Assembly (NCBI GenBank): GCA_963663895.2
Contig: CAXXRD010000002.1
Coordinates: 704,001 to 768,000 of the forward strand
Source of the DNA: Dehalococcoidia bacterium
GTDB lineage: Bacteria > Chloroflexota > Dehalococcoidia > Bin125
Length of the DNA stretch: 64,000 bases
Direction of reading: 5' to 3'
The position numbers and the translations under genes are program-made. Positions 57,285 through 64,000 of this stretch are shown one piece after another (position 1 is the first letter of the stretch; the number at the start of each line of letters is the position of its first letter). Under the pieces are notes generated by a model. The model saw nothing but the letters and a program-made list of their open reading frames with translations. It was not told the DNA's origin and did not search any database.

Positions 57285-59921
57285 ATGATGGAGAAAACAT
57301 ACGAGATAGAGCTGGCGGGCGAGCCGCTGATCATCGCGACCGGGCGCTATGCCCAGCAGGCAGGCGGCGCGGTCACGGTGCGCTACGGCGACACGCTGGT
57401 GCTCGGCACCGCCACCGCGAGCAAGCCGCGGCCCGGGATCGACTTCTTCCCCCTGTCCGTGGAGTTCGAGGAGCGGCTGTACGCGGCCGGGCGCATCCCG
57501 GGATCGTTCTTCCGGCGGGAGGGCCGCCCCACCACCACCGGCGTGCTCTCGGCCCGCCTGACGGACCGGCCCCTGCGGCCGCTGTTCCCCAAGGGCTACA
57601 TGGATGACACTCAGGTCATCATCACGGTGCTCTCGGCCGACATGGAGCACCCCCCCGACACGCTCGGCACCATCGCCGCGAGCGCTGCCCTGACCATCTC
57701 CGACATCCCCTTCGACGGGCCCGTGGCGTCGGTGCGCCTGGGCCACGTCAACGGCTCGCTGGTGCTGCAGCCGAAGTTCGAGGAGCTCAACGAGAGCGAC
57801 CTGAATATCGTCGTGGCCGGCACCAAGGACGCGATCATGATGGTCGAGGCCGACGCCGCCGAGGTCTCCGAGGCGCTGCTGGTCGAGGCCCTAGAGCTCG
57901 GCCAAGAGGCGATCGCCTCGATCGTGGCCGTCCAAGAGCAGCTGCGCGCGGACTTCGGCAAGCCCAAGCGTTCCTACGAGGCGCCGGCCATCGACGAGGA
58001 GGCGGTCGCGGCGGTTGAGAAACAGGTCGGTGAGGATCTCATGGCCGCCCTCTCCTCGGCCGGGCTCGCCAAGGCGGAGCGCGAGGCGCGGATCGCCGAG
58101 CTCAAGGCGCAGGCGCTGGACGATGTCGCCGACGAGGATCGGGAGCGGCAGGCGGCCGCCTTCGGCGATCTGGAGGGCCGCATCGTGCGGTCCAACATCC
58201 TGGAGCGCGGGCTGCGCCCGGACGGACGCGCGCCCACGCAGATCCGCGAGCTGAGCAGCGAGGTGGGGCTGATCCCCCGCACGCACGGCTCCGGGCTCTT
58301 CCAGCGCGGCGAGACGCAGGTGCTGGCGCTCACCACCCTGGCCGGCACCGGCATGGCGCAGCGCCTCGACGATCTGACCCCGGTCGAGAGCAAGCGCTTC
58401 ATGCACCACTACAACTTCCCGCCCTTTTCCACGGGGGAGACCGGCCGCGTCGGCACGCCCAGCCGGCGCTCGGTCGGGCACGGCATGCTCGGCGAGCGCG
58501 CCATGATGGCCGTGCTGCCCGATTTCGACGAGTTTCCCTACACGATCCGCATCGTCTCCGAGGTGCTTTCCTCCAACGGCAGCACCTCGCAGGCGAGCGT
58601 CTGCGCCGCCATCCTCTCGATGATGGATGCCGGGGTGCCGCTGAAGGCGCCCGTGGCCGGCGTCGCCATGGGCCTCATCAAGGGCGAGCAGGAGGACGAG
58701 TTCAGCGTCCTCACGGACATCGCCGGGATCGAGGATCACCTGGGGGACATGGACTTCAAGGTGGCCGGGACGCGCGCCGGCGTGACCGCGCTGCAGATGG
58801 ACATCAAGGTCCAGGGGATCACCACCGCGATCATGGCGCAGGCGCTCGACCAGGCGCGCGCCGCCCGTCTGGAGGTCATCGAGTCGATGGCCGCGACCAT
58901 CGCCGCGCCGCGCGACGAGATGTCGCCCTACGCGCCGCGGGTCCATCGCCTCAACGTTCCCCAGGAGAAGATCGGCGTGATCATCGGGCCGGGCGGCAAG
59001 ACGATTCGCAGCCTGGAAGAGCAGACCGGCGCCTCCATCGACATCGAGTCGGACGGCGCGGTCTTCGTTTCCGCGCCGAACGGCGAGTCCCTGCGCAAGG
59101 CGACGGAGATCATCAACGCCATGACCAAGGAGGTGGAGCCGGGCGAGGTCTACACCGGCAAGGTCACGCGCCTGATGAATTTCGGCGCCTTCGTCGAAGT
59201 GCTGCCCGGCAAGGACGCCTTGGTGCACATCTCCGAGCTGGCCGACTATCGCGTCCCCTCCGTCGAGGATGTCGTGAAGGTCGGCGACGAGATCACCGTG
59301 AAGATCACCGAGATCGACAACCTGGGCCGGATCAACGCCTCGCGCCGCGCGCTGCTGACGGGCGAGGAGGCTGCGTCCGGCCGCGACCAACCCGCCGATC
59401 GCGATGCGCGCGGCGATGGCGACGAGCGTGGCGAGGGCGGCGATGGCGACGATCGCCCGGGCCGCGGCCCGAGGGGGCGGCGCGGCCGGGTCGGGCGGGG
59501 TTTCCGGGACCGTCCTCCCGCGCGCGAGCGCGGCTTCGATGGCGACGGCCCCAGCCGCGATCGGGCGGTCCGCAGCGACGGCGGTCCCGAGGAAGAGCGC
59601 CCGGATGCCGGTTCCGAGGAGTTCGAGCGGCGCGAGCGGCAGCCGGTCGGGTCGGCTGCCAGCGATGACGAAGCGCCGGCGGGCGCCGGGCGCCGGCGCC
59701 GGCGCCGGCGTCGGCGCCGGTCCGGGACCGATGCGGGTAGCCCTAGCGGCGACGGAGGAGCCGCTGCCCAAGAGCGGCAGCCGGACACCACCGCCAGTGG
59801 GCGGCCTCTCTCGCGAGTGATCAGCCGGCTGGGTGCCCGCCGGGCGCACCGGGAATCCTCGGATGGGGATCTGGGCCCGCCTCCCCCGCCGCGTCCGGAC
59901 TTCGGCGCGCCACAGTCGTAA
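57285..59921 (+). CDS. pnp: polynucleotide phosphorylase with long disordered C-terminal tail
   Basis: [40 protein letters not shown] (IGPGGK) and S1 domains. Confidence 0.98.
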   Translation: MMEKTYEIELAGEPLIIATGRYAQQAGGAVTVRYGDTLVLGTATASKPRPGIDFFPLSVEFEERLYAAGRIPGSFFRREGRPTTTGVLSARLTDRPLRPLFPKGYMDDTQVIITVLSADMEHPPDTLGTIAASAALTISDIPFDGPVASVRLGHVNGSLVLQPKFEELNESDLNIVVAGTKDAIMMVEADAAEVSEALLVEALELGQEAIASIVAVQEQLRADFGKPKRSYEAPAIDEEAVAAVEKQVGEDLMAALSSAGLAKAEREARIAELKAQALDDVADEDRERQAAAFGDLEGRIVRSNILERGLRPDGRAPTQIRELSSEVGLIPRTHGSGLFQRGETQVLALTTLAGTGMAQRLDDLTPVESKRFMHHYNFPPFSTGETGRVGTPSRRSVGHGMLGERAMMAVLPDFDEFPYTIRIVSEVLSSNGSTSQASVCAAILSMMDAGVPLKAPVAGVAMGLIKGEQEDEFSVLTDIAGIEDHLGDMDFKVAGTRAGVTALQMDIKVQGITTAIMAQALDQARAARLEVIESMAATIAAPRDEMSPYAPRVHRLNVPQEKIGVIIGPGGKTIRSLEEQTGASIDIESDGAVFVSAPNGESLRKATEIINAMTKEVEPGEVYTGKVTRLMNFGAFVEVLPGKDALVHISELADYRVPSVEDVVKVGDEITVKITEIDNLGRINASRRALLTGEEAASGRDQPADRDARGDGDERGEGGDGDDRPGRGPRGRRGRVGRGFRDRPPARERGFDGDGPSRDRAVRSDGGPEEERPDAGSEEFERRERQPVGSAASDDEAPAGAGRRRRRRRRRRSGTDAGSPSGDGGAAAQERQPDTTASGRPLSRVISRLGARRAHRESSDGDLGPPPPPRPDFGAPQS

Positions 59922-59932
59922 CGGCGCCGGCG

Positions 59933-60724
59933 ATGACGCTGCGCGTCGCGGTCAGCGGCAGCGGCCAGATGGGGGCCCGGATTCTGAGCGCGGTGGCTGC
60001 CGCCGACGGGCTCGAGATCGCGGGCGTGATCGAGAAGTACTCGCAGGGGCGGACCTACGCGCTGAGCGACGGGCGCACCGTGCCGCTCACCCAGAGCGTT
60101 GCGGGGCTGCGCGACCTCGGCGCGGACGTCGTGGTCGATTTCAGCAATGCGGCCTGGACGGAGCAGCTCTTGCCCCTGGCGATCGAAGCCGGCGTCTCTC
60201 CCGTGGTCGGGACCTCGGGGCTGCCGGACGCGCTGATCGAGCGATCCGCCGCAGCCTGCGCCGAGCAGCGGTTGGGCGGAGTGGTCGCCGCCAACTTCGC
60301 GCTCGGCGCCGTGATGCTGATGCATCTCGCCCGCGTGGCCGCCCCCTTCTTCGCCGCGGCCGAGGTGATCGAGCAGCATCATGACGGCAAGGTCGACGCG
60401 CCCTCGGGGACCGCGATCGCGACGGCGCGCGGGATGCGCGCGGCGCGCGCGCAGGACTTCGGTCGCAACGTGGCGGAGCAGGAGACGCTGCCCGACGCGC
60501 GGGGCGCGGCGCTTGGCGGCGTCACCCTCCACTCCGTTCGCCTGCCGGGCCTGGTGGCGCACCAAGAGGTGATCTTCGGCGGGCTGGGGGAAACGTTGAA
60601 GCTGCGGCATGACTCCACCAGCCGGGAGTCGTTCATGCCGGGGGTGCTGCGCGCGATACGCGCCGTCCCGCAGCTCGACCACTTCGTGATCGGCCTCGAT
60701 CGGCTGCTTGGTCTGCGAGACTGA
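59933..60724 (+). CDS. dapB: 4-hydroxy-tetrahydrodipicolinate reductase
   Basis: GQMG, VVGTSG, ANFALG, EQHHDGKVDAPSGTA, HSVRLPG. Confidence 0.97.
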   Translation: MTLRVAVSGSGQMGARILSAVAAADGLEIAGVIEKYSQGRTYALSDGRTVPLTQSVAGLRDLGADVVVDFSNAAWTEQLLPLAIEAGVSPVVGTSGLPDALIERSAAACAEQRLGGVVAANFALGAVMLMHLARVAAPFFAAAEVIEQHHDGKVDAPSGTAIATARGMRAARAQDFGRNVAEQETLPDARGAALGGVTLHSVRLPGLVAHQEVIFGGLGETLKLRHDSTSRESFMPGVLRAIRAVPQLDHFVIGLDRLLGLRD

Positions 60725-60827
60725 TGCCGGAGACGCTCTCGCCGCCGGGTGCTGGAGCGCTGGAGTACCATTGGACCCCGCCGCGGCAACCGGCGACCGC
60801 TGGCGCTGCGGATGGACGAGTACCGCG

Positions 60828-61844
60828 ATGACGAGAGAGCTGACCGTCGCACTTGTCGGTGCCACGGGCGTCGTGGGTGAGCAGTTTCTCCGGATCATGG
60901 AGGCGCGCGCGCTGCCGGTGCGCGAGATCCGGCTTCTGGCGACGGCCCGTTCCGCCGGGCGCGCGATCCCGTTTCGCGACGAGACCCTCACCGTTGCGGA
61001 GACGAGCGAGGCGGCGCTGGCTGGCGCCGACGTCGTCTTCGTGTCGGCGTCCACGGAGGCCTCGCGGCATTGGTGCCCGATCGCGCGAGAGCTGGGGGCC
61101 GTCGCCTTCGACGACTCCTCCGCGTTCCGCATGGAGCCCGACGTGCCGCTCGTTGTTCCGGAGATCAACGGCGAGACGCTTCGATCGCACCGGGGAATCA
61201 TCGCGACGCCCAACTGTTCGACCGTGCCCGTGGTCCTGACCCTGGCTCCGTTGATGCGCGAGCGCGCCGTCCGGCGCGTGATCGCCGACACCTACCAGTC
61301 CGTCTCGGGAAGCGGCGGCGCCGCGGTGGTGGAGCTGCGCGAGCAGACGGCTGCCCGGCTCGCCGATCGCACGCACGAGCCCGAGGTCTATCCCAAGCAG
61401 ATCGCCTTCAACACCATTCCCCAGGTCGATCTCTTCCTGGAGGACGGCTACACCAAAGAGGAATGGAAGATGATCGCGGAGAGTCGCAAGATCCTGGAGC
61501 AAGCGGATCTGGCGATCAGCGCGACGTGCGTGCGCGTTCCTACCTTCGTGGCACACGCGGCGGCGCTGCACGTTGAGCTGGACGCGCCCCTCACGGCCGC
61601 GGAGGCGCGCGTCCTCTGGAGCGGACAGGACGGGCTGGCTGTCGTGGACGACCCCGTCCACGCGGGCTATCCGACGCCCGTCGACAGCGCCCATCGTGAT
61701 CCGGTCTTCGTGGGGCGCGTGCGGCAGGACGCCTCCCACCCGAACGGCCTCGCCTACTGGGTCGTCAGCGATAATCTGCGGAAGGGTGCGGCGCTGAACA
61801 TCGTGCAGATGGTCGAGTGGATGCTGGCCGACGGCTGCTTATAG
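60828..61844 (+). CDS. asd: aspartate-semialdehyde dehydrogenase
   Basis: VGATGVVG, SSAFRM, PNCST, TYQSVSG, CVRVP, DNLRKGAALN. Confidence 0.97.
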   Translation: MTRELTVALVGATGVVGEQFLRIMEARALPVREIRLLATARSAGRAIPFRDETLTVAETSEAALAGADVVFVSASTEASRHWCPIARELGAVAFDDSSAFRMEPDVPLVVPEINGETLRSHRGIIATPNCSTVPVVLTLAPLMRERAVRRVIADTYQSVSGSGGAAVVELREQTAARLADRTHEPEVYPKQIAFNTIPQVDLFLEDGYTKEEWKMIAESRKILEQADLAISATCVRVPTFVAHAAALHVELDAPLTAAEARVLWSGQDGLAVVDDPVHAGYPTPVDSAHRDPVFVGRVRQDASHPNGLAYWVVSDNLRKGAALNIVQMVEWMLADGCL

Positions 61845-61872
61845 CGGACGCACGGAACGACTGAGCAAGACC

Positions 61873-62778
61873 ATGACCGAACTCGGACGCCTCTTTACCG
61901 CCATGGTCACGCCGATGCGGCCGGACGAATCGGTCGACGTCGACCAAGCCAAGCGATTGGCAAGGTCGCTGCTGGAGACGGGCAGCGACGGACTGGTGGT
62001 CTGTGGCACCACCGGCGAAGCGTCGACGCTGGAATTCGAAGAGGAGCGCCTGCTCTTCCGCGAGCTGCTGCCGGTTGTGCGGGAGCACGGCGCCGCACTG
62101 GTTGCGGGCACGGGTTCGAACAGCACGCGCACGGCGATTGACTCGTCGATGCGCGCGGAGCGGATCGGCGTCGACGCGCTTCTCCTGGTGGTGCCCTACT
62201 ACAACAAGCCCTCGCAGGAGGGGCTCTACCGGCATTTTCAGGCGCTGGCCGCGTCGGTCCGGATCCCCTGCATTCTCTACAACGTTCCCAGCCGTACCGG
62301 TACCAACATGACTGCGGACACGCAGCTGCGGCTCGCTGCGATCCCCAACATCGTCGGGACCAAGGAGGCCAGCGGTGACCTGGACCAGATCGGTCGCATC
62401 ATCGCTGGGGCCCCCGAGGGGTTCCGTGTCTGGAGCGGCAACGACGGGGACAACTTACCCATCCTCTCGATCGGCGGTTACGGCGCGGTCAGCGTCGTCT
62501 CGCATCTGGCCGGGCGGCAGGTGCGCGGCTGCATTGATGCGGCCGTGCGCGGCGATCTGGCGGAGGCAGGTCGCATCCATCGACGGCTCATGCCGCTCGT
62601 GAAGGCCATGTTCCTCGATGGCAACCCGGTGCCTCTCAAGTACGCCTTGAATCATGTGGGGTTCCCGGTCGGCCCGTCCCGCCCTCCCTTGGTGGAGCCG
62701 GACGAGGCGACTGCCGCGAAGATCCGCGCCGCCGTGGCCGCAGCACAGATCGACCTGCCGGTCTCGGTTTCGCCGTAG
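61873..62778 (+). CDS. dapA: 4-hydroxy-tetrahydrodipicolinate synthase
   Basis: GTTGE, PYYNKP, LYNVPSRT, KEASG, NPVPLK. Confidence 0.97.
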   Translation: MTELGRLFTAMVTPMRPDESVDVDQAKRLARSLLETGSDGLVVCGTTGEASTLEFEEERLLFRELLPVVREHGAALVAGTGSNSTRTAIDSSMRAERIGVDALLLVVPYYNKPSQEGLYRHFQALAASVRIPCILYNVPSRTGTNMTADTQLRLAAIPNIVGTKEASGDLDQIGRIIAGAPEGFRVWSGNDGDNLPILSIGGYGAVSVVSHLAGRQVRGCIDAAVRGDLAEAGRIHRRLMPLVKAMFLDGNPVPLKYALNHVGFPVGPSRPPLVEPDEATAAKIRAAVAAAQIDLPVSVSP

Positions 62779-62955
62779 TCGCACCCGCGGCCGTCGCGGC
62801 GGCTCGTGATCTAAATGCTAGCTGCGCGCTGCGTGTTGGTTAGGGCTCAGATCAGCTGGAAGGGCAGGCACCGCGCGAGCCGGCGGCACGACGCGACCTG
62901 CGCGCTCGTCGGCCGGATCGGGATGGAGGCACGGGACCCAAGCTTCCCCGGCTGC

Positions 62956-63234
62956 CTACTGGGGAGGCGGCTCTTCCCCGTCCTGGGTTTCGTCTTGGCC
63001 GTCCGCCCCGTCCTCGCTCTCCGGTTCACGGCATTGATCGTCCGTCCGCTCCGGATCGTCCGGGAAGAGCTGTTCGATCTCCTGACAGGCGGCTTCGGCA
63101 GCCACCCGCGACTCCGATTCACTGCCCGTCACCTCGTCATGAATCGCGAAGCCCACGACCGCCGCTAGTCCCGCGACGAGCAGGGCGGTGACGATGAAAA
63201 CCCAAAAGATGGTTGGAGTCCCGCGGTTGGCCAT
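62956..63234 (-). CDS. small single-TM protein with acidic extracytoplasmic tail
   Basis: MANRGTPTIFWVFIVTALLVAGLAAVVGFAIH, two Cys, acidic C-terminus. Confidence 0.55.
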   Translation of the reverse strand: MANRGTPTIFWVFIVTALLVAGLAAVVGFAIHDEVTGSESESRVAAEAACQEIEQLFPDDPERTDDQCREPESEDGADGQDETQDGEEPPPQ

Positions 63235-63364
63235 GGCACCTAACAGCTTCGTAGCGACCCGGCGGCGCTCGCCCAGGCGGAGCGTCGCTGCCGGGCCGTA
63301 TCTTAGCGAATGCCGCCGTTAGCTGGAATCGCGTCGCGCAACGGCGCCCTTGCCTTGTGTTCCG

Positions 63365-63916
63365 TTAGATCTGCCGCAACGCGAGGGCGTCTTCCTGCAG
63401 GAAGCCGGCCGCGATCACGGTGAGCAGCGATGCCAGCAGCCCGATGACGGCCAGCAAAACCGACCAGCGGCGCAGGCGCTGAGCGCGCGCCTGCGCTCCG
63501 GCCTCGCTCCGCTCCGCCGCCGCCTCCAACAACGCCAGGATCCGTGGTCCGGTCACGAACGAGTGCAGGGCGACGGCCAGGATCGCGACCAGGACGATGG
63601 CCATCTTCGCGCTGAAGATGTAGCCCCAGCGCACGTCGAAGATATCGCCGCCGAACGGTGCCGCGATCGCTTCCACCGCCGCCCGGCGCTCCGCCTCCAT
63701 GATCAGGCCCGTGATGACGAGTCCCGCCATCGCGGGCCAGGCGACCAGGTTGAAGCGCCGCGTGAAGCGCCGGAGCGTCGCGAGGCGCGTGCGGTCGTCG
63801 TCGATGGCGCGGAGGGCAGGCACGACCGCCGCCGCGGCCAGGAGTTGCGGCCCCACCCAGATCGTGGCGAACAGCACATGCAGGCCGGTCAGAATCGCAT
63901 CGCCGGTCACGGGCAC
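63365..63916 (-). CDS. CopD/DUF4149-like 4-TM membrane protein
   Basis: LHVLFATIWVG, ITGL, KMAIV...H pattern. Confidence 0.65.
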   Translation of the reverse strand: MPVTGDAILTGLHVLFATIWVGPQLLAAAAVVPALRAIDDDRTRLATLRRFTRRFNLVAWPAMAGLVITGLIMEAERRAAVEAIAAPFGGDIFDVRWGYIFSAKMAIVLVAILAVALHSFVTGPRILALLEAAAERSEAGAQARAQRLRRWSVLLAVIGLLASLLTVIAAGFLQEDALALRQI

Positions 63917-63935
63917 TCCTTCTAGACAGCCATGA

Positions 63936-64000
63936 CTAAAGGATCGGGCTGACGATGATCGCTTCGTTGCGCTCGGGGCCCACGCCCACGATGTCGGCGG
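63936..64000 (-). CDS. purA: adenylosuccinate synthetase, extreme C-terminus (partial)
   Basis: Manual translation ADIVGVGPERNEAIIVSPIL* resembles the PurA C-terminal VGP.R motif; only about 20 codons visible. Confidence 0.55.
   Translation of the reverse strand, partial: ADIVGVGPERNEAIIVSPIL

Noticed and set aside
59683-59720. CGCCGG tandem repeat as a possible CRISPR or contingency locus
   Set aside because: In-frame hexamer encoding poly-Arg in the PNPase tail; no spacers or cas genes

Overview
High-GC bacterial chromosomal segment, most consistent with a Chloroflexota (Dehalococcoidia-like) genome. The inference rests on the dnaA-obgE-nadD order near gyrB, rplI-dnaB-dnaD-dnaC-like genes and an AGAAC-N4-GTTCT LexA box. 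The window probably spans the replication origin: dnaA lies at 45257-46654, a DnaA-box-like cluster lies at about 45.0-45.2 kb, and gene orientation flips there. Most content is housekeeping: rpsF-ssb-rpsR, glyA, purL/Q/M/F, folP/K, coaX/coaBC, rpsO-pnp, dapB-asd-dapA, gyrB, ychF and murT-gatD. Highlights: (1) a b6f-like Rieske/cytochrome b operon bracketed by three microproteins missing from the ORF track, namely a single-TM peptide upstream and a stand-alone desulforedoxin-like protein plus a Cys-depleted paralog downstream; (2) a perfect LexA box inside a sigma70 promoter upstream of the rplI-dnaB-dnaD-tandem-DnaC operon; (3) a ubiquitin-like sulfur relay with two linear Ubl fusions (Ubl-E1 and MoaD-MoaE), a free Ubl, CysM and one JAMM protease; (4) long disordered tails on S18, L9 and PNPase; (5) a small accessory islet with a DUF433/PIN toxin-antitoxin pair and an MmeI-like R-M fusion. 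All calls come from motif recognition by eye; no database searches were run.
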